Source: an uncultured Clostridium sp. (GTDB taxonomy: Bacteria; Bacillota; Clostridia; Christensenellales; CAG-138). Taken from it: a stretch of DNA of 64,000 nucleotides. The stretch lies in contig CAZTFU010000002.1 of the NCBI GenBank assembly GCA_964612925.1, positions 42,196 to 106,195 on the forward strand, written 5' to 3'. Below are positions 43,947-54,539 of the stretch, in pieces. The position numbers were made by a program, and so were the translations under genes. Each line of letters begins with the position of its first letter. The stretch's first letter is position 1. Below the pieces are notes generated by a model. The model ran no database searches and was not told where the DNA came from. It saw nothing but the letters and a program-made list of their open reading frames with translations.

Positions 43947-45125
43947 ATGAGGTTTGGCATATGGCATTATCTTTCGGGATATGTTATTATTGAAGTCAAA
44001 GGCAGGCACCTTGAAAGGTTCATCAACCGCGTGGTGCAAAGCGGGGGCGATATATGGCAGGTAAGGCGCACGGGCACCGAATGCGTTCGTGCATGCGTAT
44101 CCGTTGCAACGTTTTATGCCATGCGGCCGATAGTGCGTCAATGCGGCGTAAGCGTAAGCATAGTGAAAAAATGCGGTGCATTGATAACACTTTCAAGGTT
44201 TCGCTTTCGAAAGGTACTGCTTTTCGGTTGGGCAGTAGTGCTGTCGCTGCTTATAGGAGCCTCGCGCTATGTGTGGTTTGTCGAGGTTTCGGGCTGTGAC
44301 AGAGTACAGCCCGAAAAGCTTATAGCCACCCTTGAGGACATGGGCGTAGGTATCGGGTCAAGCAAGCGCACAATTGGTACGTATTCGCTTGGTCAGAGGT
44401 TAATGACCACCGATAAGCGTATAGCGTGGGCGGGAGTGAGCATAGACGGTGTTGTGCTCAAAATAGACATAACTGAAGTCGAAGATCATGTTGTAAAGGA
44501 GCTCATGACCGACGGAGCAAACAGCCTTTATGCCTCAAAGGACGGCATAATAACGGAGCTTAGAATTCTTGACGGCAAAGCCGTGGTTTGTGTTGGGGAT
44601 GCGGTCAAGAAAGGTCAGGAACTTGTAACGGGCGTGTTGAGAAACGATGAGCTCGGGTTCATTACAACCGCGGCACGCGGTTCGGTAACGGCCAAGGTGG
44701 GCTATATCGTATCCGCTGAGGTTGGGCCAAAGCTTATCAAGCAAACCTATAGCGGTAAAGCGGCCGAGTATAACGTGATCAAGCTTTTCGGACTTAATAT
44801 AGCCGATGAGCCCGAGTACAAAAGCTATACCGATGAGGCATTATGTGAGTATGTACTCAGCGGGTGTGTTGTGCCGATTAGCATAGAACGAAGAATACGG
44901 CGGGAAACCGTAGGAACGTATGAAAACGCATCTATGCAAGAGCTTGAAAATGCCGCGTCGGCAGATGCGGAAAGAAAGCTTATTGATACTCTTCCGCACA
45001 GCGCAACCATACTTACAAAAACCACTCGATATGAGTACGGTTCCGACGGAACAGTCACGGCTATTATTGCTGTAACCACAAGCGAAAATATAGCACAGGT
45101 AGGGGATATATATGGAGAAGAATGA
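43947..45125 (+). CDS. yqfD: sporulation protein YqfD
   Basis: N-terminal LSGYVIIEVKGRHLERFINRVVQSGGDIWQVRR pattern, a central TM segment, 392 aa. Synteny yqfC-yqfD-phoH. Confidence 0.82.
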   Translation: MRFGIWHYLSGYVIIEVKGRHLERFINRVVQSGGDIWQVRRTGTECVRACVSVATFYAMRPIVRQCGVSVSIVKKCGALITLSRFRFRKVLLFGWAVVLSLLIGASRYVWFVEVSGCDRVQPEKLIATLEDMGVGIGSSKRTIGTYSLGQRLMTTDKRIAWAGVSIDGVVLKIDITEVEDHVVKELMTDGANSLYASKDGIITELRILDGKAVVCVGDAVKKGQELVTGVLRNDELGFITTAARGSVTAKVGYIVSAEVGPKLIKQTYSGKAAEYNVIKLFGLNIADEPEYKSYTDEALCEYVLSGCVVPISIERRIRRETVGTYENASMQELENAASADAERKLIDTLPHSATILTKTTRYEYGSDGTVTAIIAVTTSENIAQVGDIYGEE

Positions 45126-46113
45126 AAGCGGCATGCTGAACAAAGAAAATGAGGAACTTTGCGTACTGCAATCATCCGTTGAATCAATGGATGAGATGAT
45201 AAAGCTTTTTGGCGTGTTTGATGAAAACCTGAAGGTGATAAGTGCCGAAACGGGCGTGCGCATAATCGCCGGTGGTGACTGTATACAGATCGAAGGCAGC
45301 CCTGATGCGGCAGAGTTGGCCAAAACCGTTGTGGACAAGTTGCTTATCACCGTGCGCCGCGGCGAGAACATAGACAGAAGTCGCATTCGCTATGCGGTAG
45401 ATCTTGCAAAAGAAGGCAATGCAGAGCTTATAACGGAGCTTGAAAGCGACGTTGTGGCGTTTACCGCCAAGGGCAGACGCATAAAGTGCAAAACGCTTGG
45501 TCAGAAAAAGTATGTTAATGCACTTAAACGCAATACCGTTGTTTTCGGCGTGGGTCCTGCCGGTACGGGCAAAACCTATCTTGCCGTAGCAATGGCGGTG
45601 CTTGCGTACAAAAATAAAGAGGTTGAGAAGATAATCCTTACCCGACCCGCGGTGGAGGCGGGCGAAAAGCTTGGATTTCTGCCGGGTGACCTTCAGAATA
45701 AGGTTGATCCGTATTTAAGGCCGCTTTATGATGCACTGTATGACTTTCTCGGGCCCGAGATGTTTAAGAATCTGTCCGAACGCGGAGTTATAGAGGTTGC
45801 ACCCCTTGCATATATGCGCGGCCGCACGTTGAACGATGCATATATAATTCTTGATGAGGCGCAAAACTGCACCATTGAGCAGATGAAAATGTTTCTTACC
45901 CGCTTTGGTGAAGGTTCGCGCGTTGTGGTCACGGGGGACATAACGCAGATTGACCTGCCGCCCGAAAGAAAGAGCGGTTTGGTTCACGCACTCGGTGTTT
46001 TGAAGGACGTTGAAGGCATTTCCCAGATATATTTGACATATAAGGACGTTGTTCGGCACGAAATGGTACAGCGCATCATAAGCGCATATGATAAAGCGTA
46101 CAAAAGAAACTAA
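45112..46113 (+). CDS. phoH: PhoH-family ATPase
   Basis: Walker A GPAGTGKTYLAVA, RPAVEAGEKLGFLPGD, ILDEAQN, GDITQIDLP. Confidence 0.92.
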   Translation: MEKNESGMLNKENEELCVLQSSVESMDEMIKLFGVFDENLKVISAETGVRIIAGGDCIQIEGSPDAAELAKTVVDKLLITVRRGENIDRSRIRYAVDLAKEGNAELITELESDVVAFTAKGRRIKCKTLGQKKYVNALKRNTVVFGVGPAGTGKTYLAVAMAVLAYKNKEVEKIILTRPAVEAGEKLGFLPGDLQNKVDPYLRPLYDALYDFLGPEMFKNLSERGVIEVAPLAYMRGRTLNDAYIILDEAQNCTIEQMKMFLTRFGEGSRVVVTGDITQIDLPPERKSGLVHALGVLKDVEGISQIYLTYKDVVRHEMVQRIISAYDKAYKRN

Positions 46114-46131
46114 GCAGGAGGTGCAGGTGAA

Positions 46132-48270
46132 TTGGCAAAGCGTGAAGCGGCAAAACAAATAAACAAGAAAAATGCAAGGCTGATATCCTTGGGTATGCTT
46201 GCAGTATCACTTGTGATAGCATTTGTCTGCGTAAACGGCGTGCTTACCCCGATAAGATATGATGTTAAGGTTGGTGAACCGTCCCCGGCAACCATACTTG
46301 CAACATGCGAGGCCGTTGATGAAATAAACACCGAGATAATGCGTGAGAAAGCGCGCAACGAAGCGGGCAACGTATATAGCATCGATTCCGATAAAGTAAG
46401 CGAATATCAAAAGAATGCTCAAAACTTTTTTAAGGGCTTAAGCGCACTTTACGATAAGGCAGTGGCAACGCTTGATCAGGAAGCGGCATTGCCCTCATCC
46501 ACCGAAATGTGGGAAGAGGCGCTATCTTCATCAACAAAACAAGTCTTGCTCCAAAGTGTTACTCCCAATATAGATGAGGAAGCTTTATATACAATTCTCT
46601 CTTCTACAAAGGAACAGCTTCAGACGCTACAGGATATTACCCTTTCAAAGCTTGATACGGCACTTGAAGCGGGCATTTCCGAAAGCGGCAGGGACGAGCT
46701 CGTTGCCACATGTACACGCGAAATCAATGCAATGAGCGCCATACCGTCGGGGCTTAAAAAGGTGGCGGTGCAAGCGTTCAATGCGTTTCTTAATCCTACA
46801 CTCAGCGTTGACACATCCGCAACGCAGGCTCAGCATGCTGCCGCGATAGAAAGCGTTGAACCGATAGTCGTAAAAAAAGGACAGGTCGTTGTTGAAAAGG
46901 GCGGTATAGTAAGCGAATCTCAATTCGCGTTGCTTGAAGAAATGGACCTCATAAAGGGTGAGGACAGTAATGCCGCGCTGACGCTTGGCGTAATACTTAT
47001 GCTGTTGCTTATGTTTGCACTGTTTGCGGTATACATGCGCTTTTGCAATGCGGCAACGCTTGCCAATATAAAGAGTATGGTCATAGTGGCGGTGCTTATA
47101 ATGCTCTCTTGCGCACTTGAATACCTTACCTGCCGCATTGATTATCGCTTTACGCCGATACTGCTGCCGATTATGCTTTGCTATCTTCTTATTGAAGAGG
47201 GTACGGCATATGCACTTACCGTGTTGCTTGGTGCAATGTTTGGCATAATGGCAGGCGGATCGGGGAACGGTGTGCTTAATACAAACTGCATTATTATGAC
47301 GATGTGCAACATTTCAGCCGGTATTGCATCCGTATTTGCATTAAAGCAGGCCCAAAGCAGAGCATCCATGATAGCCGCAGGTGCCGTTGGCGGCGGATTT
47401 GCTGCACTTATAATGGTTGCCGAGCAGCTTATGTTAAAGACGGCGTTCTGGGGCGTAGTTGAATCGTTTGCATGGATAATAGGCGGCGCAATACTCTCAG
47501 CCCTGCTTGTTACGGGGTCATTGTCCATATGGGAAAACCTGTTTGATGTTGCGACTTCCGCAAGGCTTAATGAGCTGAGCAACACCAACCATCCTTTACT
47601 GAGACAATTGATGAGTGAAGCACCCGGCACATATCAACACAGCATAATGGTTGCCGCTTTAGCTGAAGGTGCCGCCGAAAGGATAGGTGCAGACCCATTG
47701 TTGGCGCGTGTGGGAGCCTATTACCACGATGTCGGCAAACTGCGCAGACCGCTTTATTTTAAGGAAAACCAGAAAAGCGGAGAGAATATACACGACACAC
47801 TGCCCCCGCTTGAAAGTGCGCAATCCATCATTGCCCATCAAAGGGATGGCGTAACGCTTTTGACGAAGTACAAGCTTCCTTCCGCGGTAATAAAAATATG
47901 CGGTGAACATCACGGTAATTCGCTTATGACCTATTTTTACTACAAAGCGAAGCAGGCGGACGATTTAACAAAGGAAAAGGGATTTAGATATAGCGGCAAT
48001 CGCCCGTCAAGCAAAGAAAGCGCCATAGTTATGATGGCCGATGGGTGCGAAGCCGCCGTAAGGTCGCTTGGCGATACGAACAGCGAAGCCGTTGAGCAGA
48101 TGGTGCATAAGATAATATGGGGCAAGCTTAATGAAAACGAAAACATGATGTCCAATGCTCCGTTGACCATTGCGGAAATATCCGAAATAGAGAAGAGCTT
48201 TCTTAAAACCTTCTCAGGACTTATGCATGATCGCATCGAATATCCCAATATGGAGGAGCTTAAAGCATGA
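46132..48270 (+). CDS. pgpH: 7TM-HD membrane phosphohydrolase (PgpH/YqfF-type cyclic-di-AMP phosphodiesterase family)
   Basis: TTG start. Extracellular N-terminal domain, 7 TM segments, HD domain HSIMVAALAE...YHDVGK...GEHHG. Synteny with phoH and ybeY. Confidence 0.85.
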   Translation: MAKREAAKQINKKNARLISLGMLAVSLVIAFVCVNGVLTPIRYDVKVGEPSPATILATCEAVDEINTEIMREKARNEAGNVYSIDSDKVSEYQKNAQNFFKGLSALYDKAVATLDQEAALPSSTEMWEEALSSSTKQVLLQSVTPNIDEEALYTILSSTKEQLQTLQDITLSKLDTALEAGISESGRDELVATCTREINAMSAIPSGLKKVAVQAFNAFLNPTLSVDTSATQAQHAAAIESVEPIVVKKGQVVVEKGGIVSESQFALLEEMDLIKGEDSNAALTLGVILMLLLMFALFAVYMRFCNAATLANIKSMVIVAVLIMLSCALEYLTCRIDYRFTPILLPIMLCYLLIEEGTAYALTVLLGAMFGIMAGGSGNGVLNTNCIIMTMCNISAGIASVFALKQAQSRASMIAAGAVGGGFAALIMVAEQLMLKTAFWGVVESFAWIIGGAILSALLVTGSLSIWENLFDVATSARLNELSNTNHPLLRQLMSEAPGTYQHSIMVAALAEGAAERIGADPLLARVGAYYHDVGKLRRPLYFKENQKSGENIHDTLPPLESAQSIIAHQRDGVTLLTKYKLPSAVIKICGEHHGNSLMTYFYYKAKQADDLTKEKGFRYSGNRPSSKESAIVMMADGCEAAVRSLGDTNSEAVEQMVHKIIWGKLNENENMMSNAPLTIAEISEIEKSFLKTFSGLMHDRIEYPNMEELKA

Positions 48271-48704
48271 TAGATGTTATATTGGAGGTGGCATGCCCTC
48301 GCGATACCGAGGAAATCATAAAAAGGGCCGCAAGTGCCGCACTTAACGAGGAATGTGCATCGGGCGACATAAGCGTTTTGATAACGGATGACAACGGTAT
48401 TTGGGAAATGAACAAGGATTACCGAAACGTTGACAGGCCAACCGATGTACTGAGCTTTCCTTCAAGCGAAGGGGATACGCTTTCATCCGTTCCGGACGGC
48501 TTTCTCGGTGACATTGCGATATCGATAAACCGCGCCAAGGCTCAGGCATTGGAGTACGGACATTCATTTGAAAGAGAGCTTTCCTTTTTGACTGTGCATG
48601 GGTGCTTGCATATACTTGGCTATGACCACATGACCGATGAAGATAGGCAAACGATGTTTGCCCTTCAAGATAAAATACTAAACGATATGGGGATAACAAG
48701 ATGA
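48267..48704 (+). CDS. ybeY: rRNA maturation endoribonuclease YbeY
   Basis: Zinc motif HGCLHILGYDH and an upstream DVLSFP motif. Confidence 0.92.
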   Translation: MIDVILEVACPRDTEEIIKRAASAALNEECASGDISVLITDDNGIWEMNKDYRNVDRPTDVLSFPSSEGDTLSSVPDGFLGDIAISINRAKAQALEYGHSFERELSFLTVHGCLHILGYDHMTDEDRQTMFALQDKILNDMGITR

Positions 48705-49117
48705 GAAACATACATGAGTTTGAAGTAAAGAATCTATTGAGAATGGCAAATGATGCCAAGGAAAGGGCGTATGTGCCTTATTCGGGTTTTCGCGTGGGCG
48801 CGTGCTTAAAGGGCGCATCGGGAGCATACTATTTTGGTTGCAACATTGAAAATGCGGCCTATTCACCCACCGTATGTGCGGAGCGCGTGGCAATGTTGCG
48901 TGCAATATATGAGGGCGAACGTGAATTCGATGCATTGGCTATCGTGTGGGACGGTGACACTCCCGCAGTACCTTGTGGCGTATGCCGCCAAGTGCTGAGC
49001 GAATTCTGCGATGGCGAAATGCCCATAATTTGCGCCAATCGCAAAGGCGAATATAAAATGATATCGCTGTGTGAATTGCTGCCGTACGCATTTTCAAAGA
49101 AGGATATGAATCTATGA
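48701..49117 (+). CDS. cdd: cytidine deaminase
   Basis: CAERVA and PCGVCRQ zinc-ligand motifs. 138 aa. Confidence 0.92.
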   Translation: MRNIHEFEVKNLLRMANDAKERAYVPYSGFRVGACLKGASGAYYFGCNIENAAYSPTVCAERVAMLRAIYEGEREFDALAIVWDGDTPAVPCGVCRQVLSEFCDGEMPIICANRKGEYKMISLCELLPYAFSKKDMNL

Positions 49118-50010
49118 TAAATCAGGGCTATCGTTCGGGTTTTGTGTCGATAATCGGTTCGCCGAATGCCGGCAAAAGCACGCTGATGAACCGTATTGTG
49201 GGTCAAAAGGTCTCGATAGTGTCTCCAAAGGCGCAGACCACCAGAAATCGCATAATGGGCGTGGCGACACGAAATGGTTATCAGATAATCTTTCTTGATA
49301 CGCCAGGCGTGGCCGCGCCGAAAAACCGACTTGGCGAATACATGCTTAAGGTGGCATATGAATCACTGAACGAGGTTGAGTGTGTATTGTTCATGACCGA
49401 TGCCGCAAACGGAATACGCGAACGCGACGAAGCGATAATTATAAAGCTGAGGGAAGCACGTTCACCCGTAATAGCCGCAATAAACAAGTGCGATATAGCA
49501 AGCGCAAGTGCCGTTGAAAAGGCACGAGAAAGGCTCGAAAAAGAAGGCTTTTTCAAGCAGATAATCGAAATATCAGCTGAAGAAGGAAGCGGCGTTGACA
49601 AGCTTGAAACGGTACTTGAGGGGTTTCTTGTTGAAGGGCCTATGTATTTCCCCGAGGATATGGTTACTGATATGCCCGAGCGCATAGTGTGTTCCGAAAT
49701 AATAAGGGAAAAGACATTGAACCTTTTGAAGGATGAAGTGCCGCACGGCATAGGCGTGGGCATAGATAAAATGGCCCTCAGAGAAAGCGGAGATCTGTAT
49801 GACATGTGGGCTACGATTTACTGTGAGCGCGAAGGGCACAAGGGCATTATAATCGGCAAAAAGGGTGCAATGCTCAAACAGATAGGTAGTGCCGCGCGCA
49901 AGGACATGGAATGGATGCTCGGCGCACGGGTAAATTTGCAACTTTGGGTAAAGGTGCGCGATGATTGGCGCAACAGCCCGGGTGCATTGAAGGAGCTCGG
50001 CTACGAATAA
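49114..50010 (+). CDS. era: GTPase Era
   Basis: G1 GSPNAGKST, G3 DTPG, G4 NKCD. C-terminal KH domain (GIIIGKKGAMLKQIG). Confidence 0.93.
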   Translation: MINQGYRSGFVSIIGSPNAGKSTLMNRIVGQKVSIVSPKAQTTRNRIMGVATRNGYQIIFLDTPGVAAPKNRLGEYMLKVAYESLNEVECVLFMTDAANGIRERDEAIIIKLREARSPVIAAINKCDIASASAVEKARERLEKEGFFKQIIEISAEEGSGVDKLETVLEGFLVEGPMYFPEDMVTDMPERIVCSEIIREKTLNLLKDEVPHGIGVGIDKMALRESGDLYDMWATIYCEREGHKGIIIGKKGAMLKQIGSAARKDMEWMLGARVNLQLWVKVRDDWRNSPGALKELGYE

Positions 50011-50028
50011 AAAGGAGATAATAACGAC

Positions 50029-51339
50029 ATGAGAATGGTCGATCTTATTTTGAAAACACGTCACGGCGAACCGTTAAGCGATGAAGAAATTCGCTTTATC
50101 GTAACGGGATTTACGTCGGGCGAAATACCCGATTATCAAATGTCCGCATGGATGATGGCCGTGTGCATGAACGGCATGGGTGCGAAGCAAACAGCCGCAC
50201 TTACAATGGCAATGATGAATTCGGGCGACACGGTTGATTTAAGCGACCTTAAAGGCATAAAGGTAGATAAACATTCAACCGGCGGTGTAGGCGATTCTAC
50301 AACACTTATTGCAACGCCGCTTGTGGCAGCTTGCGGCGGAACGGTTGCAAAGCTTAGCGGACGAGGACTCGGTCACACCGGCGGTACGCTTGATAAGCTT
50401 GAATCGGTTCCCGGTGTAAGCATAGAACTGAGCATGGTTAGATTTAAGAGCATAGTTGAGGAAATCGGCCTTTGCGTAATGGGACAGACGGGTAATTTTG
50501 TGCCCGCGGATAAGCTTATGTATGCCCTTAGAGATGTTACGGGCACGGTTGAAAGCGTGCCGCTTATTGCATCGAGCATAATGAGCAAAAAGCTTGCTTC
50601 GGGTTCCGATGCTATAGTGCTTGACGTGAAGGCGGGTAGCGGCGCATTTATGCATACACCGCACGATGCCGAGGTGCTTGCAAAAACAATGGTTGATATA
50701 GGTAAACACATGGGCAGGCGAACAACGGCCCTTATTACGGATATGAATCAGCCGCTTGGCTTAGCTGTTGGAAATGCGCTTGAAATAATCGAAGCGTATG
50801 ATGCGCTTTCTGGTAAGCTTGCCGAAGATGATCCGTTGCTTTCGATAAGCCTTACACTTGCATCAAAAATGCTGGTGCTTTCAGACCTTGCCAAGGATAA
50901 TGCTGAGGCAATGGAAAAACTTACATACGCATTAAAGTCAGGCGCAGGATTAAATAAGCTCAAACAGATGCTGTCAGCCCTCGGTGGGCGGGACGAATAT
51001 GTTAACGAGCCCGAAAAGCTTATCAATGTTAAGAAGATCATTGATATTTATCCCGAAAAGCCCGGCTATATTGGCGATATGCACGCAAATATGATAGGCA
51101 CAAGCGCGCAGTTACTCGGTGCGGGGCGAGCAAAAAAGGGAGATGCAATAGACCCGTCGACAGGCCTTATTATGCACGTTAGGCGGGGGGATCATGTTTC
51201 GTTGGGCGATGCCATTGCCACTATGTATGTCAATGATGATTCACGTTTTGACGAGGCAAAGCGTATGCTTCTTGATTCAATTTGCATTTTGGATGAGCCG
51301 GCCGCACCTATACCCATGGTTTATAAAGAGGTGGAATAA
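50029..51339 (+). CDS. pdp: pyrimidine-nucleoside (thymidine) phosphorylase
   Basis: DKHSTGGVGD, SGRGLGHTGGTLDKLE, SIMSKKLA motifs. 436 aa. Confidence 0.92.
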   Translation: MRMVDLILKTRHGEPLSDEEIRFIVTGFTSGEIPDYQMSAWMMAVCMNGMGAKQTAALTMAMMNSGDTVDLSDLKGIKVDKHSTGGVGDSTTLIATPLVAACGGTVAKLSGRGLGHTGGTLDKLESVPGVSIELSMVRFKSIVEEIGLCVMGQTGNFVPADKLMYALRDVTGTVESVPLIASSIMSKKLASGSDAIVLDVKAGSGAFMHTPHDAEVLAKTMVDIGKHMGRRTTALITDMNQPLGLAVGNALEIIEAYDALSGKLAEDDPLLSISLTLASKMLVLSDLAKDNAEAMEKLTYALKSGAGLNKLKQMLSALGGRDEYVNEPEKLINVKKIIDIYPEKPGYIGDMHANMIGTSAQLLGAGRAKKGDAIDPSTGLIMHVRRGDHVSLGDAIATMYVNDDSRFDEAKRMLLDSICILDEPAAPIPMVYKEVE

Positions 51340-51344
51340 GCACA

Positions 51345-53915
51345 ATGGCACGACTTATCGCAATAGACGGCAACAGCTTAATGCATAGGGCATTTCATGC
51401 GCTGCCGCTTACCATGACGAATAAAGAGGGCACTCCCACCGGGGCGATATATGGCTTCTTGAGCATGCTTTTAAGGCTTGTGCAACAAAAGCCCGAATAC
51501 TTGCTTGTGGCATTCGATATGCACGGCTCAACCTTCAGGCATGACGAATACAGTGAATATAAAGCGGGCCGAAAGGCTACGCCCGACGAGCTTAGGACGC
51601 AGTTTGCCATTATTCGGGAATTGCTTCCAAGCATGGGAATAACCATATGCGAATGTATGCGTTACGAAGCGGATGATATACTTGGCACATTTGCCCGTAT
51701 AGCAAATGAAAACGGAGTTGACGCATTGCTTGTTACGGGTGACAGGGATGCTTTACAACTTATAAGTGAACACACACATGTCCTTATGACCAAAAAAGGA
51801 ATAAGTGAAACCATTGAATACGATAAAAAGGTACTGTTTGAGCAATACGGTCTTGAACCGTGCCAAATGATAGACCTCAAAGCTTTAATGGGTGACGGAT
51901 CGGATAATATACCGGGCATAGCGGGCATAGGCGAAAAAACAGCATTAAAGCTGCTTGAAAAATACGGCACCATGGAAAATACGCTATCTCACGCTGAGGA
52001 CGAAAAAGGCGCATTGCGGCAGAAGCTTCTGAACGGCAGAGAAAGCGCCCGCATGAGTTACCGCATAGGCACTATAAACACCAATGCACCCGTTGAAGTT
52101 CCGTTTGATAAAACCCGTTTTGATGAAAAAAGACTATGCGGCGGAATACCCATGCTACGAAAGCTTGAACTGAGGAACATAATAGAACGCCTGCCAGAAG
52201 GCACGGTATATACAGAGGAAGCCGGCACCGAAAAAGCTTATAACGTACAGCACATAAGTATTGATACCGTTGACGGTTTGAATGCACTTTTGCCGATTAT
52301 CGAAAAAGCAGAACTGTTTTCCTGCCATATAGACGGAATGTTCAGCATAAGCACCGACCCGTTTGTGCAATACGACATAATGCTCGGCGCAACGTTGCTC
52401 GATTCGGGCATCAGTGAAGGCGACATATATTCAACATTAAAGTCGGTATTTGAAAATGACGGTATAGGCAAGGCCTTCTTTGACAGTAAGACTATGCGTC
52501 ACCTTGCGGCCCAATTCGGCGTTGAAATACGCGGTGTACGCTTTGATGCCATGATAGCTGATTATCTTTTGCACGCCATTCATCCTGCAACAGATCTGAA
52601 AACGCTTTCGGCCGAACGGCTTAATTCAAAGGAATGTGGTTCGGCCGCGCTTTTGAAGCTGAATGAACTGCTTTCGCATCAGCTTGAAGAAAACGGACTT
52701 ATGAAGCTTTATTCCGAGATTGAATTGCCGCTTACGGATACGCTTTTTGACATGGAACGTATGGGTTTCAGTGTAGATAAGGCCATTCTGACCGACATGA
52801 GCAAGCAAATGAAGTCGCGCATAGAAACGCTTGAAGCGGATATATATATGCATGCGGGTGAACGATTCAATATTCTTTCAACCAAGCAGTTGGGCTATAT
52901 TTTATATGATAAGCTTGGGCTTCCGCCGACCAAAAAAACAAAAACGGGGTATTCCACCGATTCGGAATCCCTTGAAGGTCTGCGTGATAAGCACCCCATA
53001 GTGCCGCTGATAATTGAATATAAAACACTTACAAAACTATGCTCAACATTCGTGGACGGTCTGCTTCCTCTGATCGATAAAACTGGGCGCGTGCACACAC
53101 GATTTAACCAAAACGTTACCGCAACAGGCCGAATATCGAGTACCGAGCCTAATTTGCAAAACATACCCGTTCGCACACAGCTTGGGCGCGAAATAAGGCG
53201 GGCATTTGTTGCAAGCGAGGGAAGAACACTTATTGATGCCGACTATTCGCAAATAGAGCTGCGCCTTCTTGCGGCAATGAGCGGCGATGAAGGAATGTGC
53301 CGTGCGTTTTTGGAGGGGGAGGACATACATCGCCGCACGGCAAGCGAGGTATTCGGTGTACCGTTAGACTTGGTAACAAGTGAAATGCGAAGTGCCGCAA
53401 AGGCTGTAAATTTTGGCATAGTGTACGGAATAAGCGATTTCGGGTTAGCAAAGCAGCTTAATATCAGTCGTAAAGAGGCCGCTCGATATATTGAGCTGTA
53501 TTTTATGCGCTATAGCGATGTGCAGACCTATATGAAGAATTGCATCGCCTCGGCACGACAGCACGGATATGCTCAAACGCTTTTTGGCCGTAGGCGCGAA
53601 ATGCCCGAGCTTATGGCTTCGAATTACAATGTACGTTCGTCAGCTGAACGCGCCGCAATGAACATGCCCATTCAGGGGACTGCGGCCGATATAATTAAGC
53701 TTGCGATGGTAAAGGTTCACAGCGAATTGAAATCGCGTGGTTTGAAATCAAAGCTCATACTTCAAATACACGACGAGCTTATAATCGATGCACCGCTTGA
53801 AGAGGCGGAAACCGCTGCCGAAATACTCAAAACCTGCATGGAAAATGCGGTAAGCTTAAATGTGCCGTTGCTATCTGAGGTACGTATTGGGCACAGCTGG
53901 TATGATACCAAATAA
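51345..53915 (+). CDS. polA: DNA polymerase I
   Basis: 5' nuclease LIAIDGNSLMHRAFHAL, Pol motif A DYSQIELRLLA, B RSAAKAVNFGIVYG, C LQIHDELI. I could not find a DxE Exo I motif in the middle domain, so it probably lacks proofreading, as in Bst-type enzymes. Confidence 0.93.
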   Translation: MARLIAIDGNSLMHRAFHALPLTMTNKEGTPTGAIYGFLSMLLRLVQQKPEYLLVAFDMHGSTFRHDEYSEYKAGRKATPDELRTQFAIIRELLPSMGITICECMRYEADDILGTFARIANENGVDALLVTGDRDALQLISEHTHVLMTKKGISETIEYDKKVLFEQYGLEPCQMIDLKALMGDGSDNIPGIAGIGEKTALKLLEKYGTMENTLSHAEDEKGALRQKLLNGRESARMSYRIGTINTNAPVEVPFDKTRFDEKRLCGGIPMLRKLELRNIIERLPEGTVYTEEAGTEKAYNVQHISIDTVDGLNALLPIIEKAELFSCHIDGMFSISTDPFVQYDIMLGATLLDSGISEGDIYSTLKSVFENDGIGKAFFDSKTMRHLAAQFGVEIRGVRFDAMIADYLLHAIHPATDLKTLSAERLNSKECGSAALLKLNELLSHQLEENGLMKLYSEIELPLTDTLFDMERMGFSVDKAILTDMSKQMKSRIETLEADIYMHAGERFNILSTKQLGYILYDKLGLPPTKKTKTGYSTDSESLEGLRDKHPIVPLIIEYKTLTKLCSTFVDGLLPLIDKTGRVHTRFNQNVTATGRISSTEPNLQNIPVRTQLGREIRRAFVASEGRTLIDADYSQIELRLLAAMSGDEGMCRAFLEGEDIHRRTASEVFGVPLDLVTSEMRSAAKAVNFGIVYGISDFGLAKQLNISRKEAARYIELYFMRYSDVQTYMKNCIASARQHGYAQTLFGRRREMPELMASNYNVRSSAERAAMNMPIQGTAADIIKLAMVKVHSELKSRGLKSKLILQIHDELIIDAPLEEAETAAEILKTCMENAVSLNVPLLSEVRIGHSWYDTK

Positions 53916-53936
53916 ACTGTTACGGAGTGTTTGTTT

Positions 53937-54539
53937 ATGATAATCGGGCTTACCGGAAGCATAGGATCGGGAAAATCCACCGTGTCGGCGCGGCTGAAAA
54001 GCCTTGGCGCGCTGATACTTGATGCAGATATAATAGCGCGGGAGGTAGTGGATATAGGCACGGACGGTTTGAAGCAAATAGAGCGTGTATTCGGCAGTGA
54101 AGCCATATCCGCGGACGGCCGTCTCGACAGAAAAGCGGTTGCAAAAATCGTTTTTGAAGACAGTACAAAACGCAAGCAGCTAAACGATATAATCCATCCG
54201 GCCGTGCTTAATGAGCTGAAAAAGCGATCTTCAGAGCAATACAATGTGGATCACAACCGCCTTATAATATGGGATGTACCACTGCTTATAGAGGCGGGAT
54301 GGGCGAATCTTACGGATTCAGTATGGCTTGTGACCGCACCGATGCAAACAAGGCTTGAAAGAATAATTAAAAGGGACGGCTGTACACTTTCTCAGGCCGA
54401 AAGCCGCATACGCGCCCAATTAAGCGAGGATGAAAAGCGGCGTTACAGCGACGAGATAATCGATAATTCCTGCGGATTGGCCGAGCTTTATGCTCAAACA
54501 GATAAGCTTTATCACAAATACACGGGTGTGAATGCATGA
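53937..54539 (+). CDS. coaE: dephospho-CoA kinase
   Basis: IIGLTGSIGSGKST P-loop. The ATG at 53937 lies 9 nt after ACGGAG; track ORF starts at the TTG at 53931. Confidence 0.9.
   Translation: MIIGLTGSIGSGKSTVSARLKSLGALILDADIIAREVVDIGTDGLKQIERVFGSEAISADGRLDRKAVAKIVFEDSTKRKQLNDIIHPAVLNELKKRSSEQYNVDHNRLIIWDVPLLIEAGWANLTDSVWLVTAPMQTRLERIIKRDGCTLSQAESRIRAQLSEDEKRRYSDEIIDNSCGLAELYAQTDKLYHKYTGVNA

Noticed and set aside
44841-45386. 181-aa minus-strand ORF across the yqfD/phoH junction
   Set aside because: It is antisense to two well-supported genes. It is a Ser-rich, low-complexity translation.
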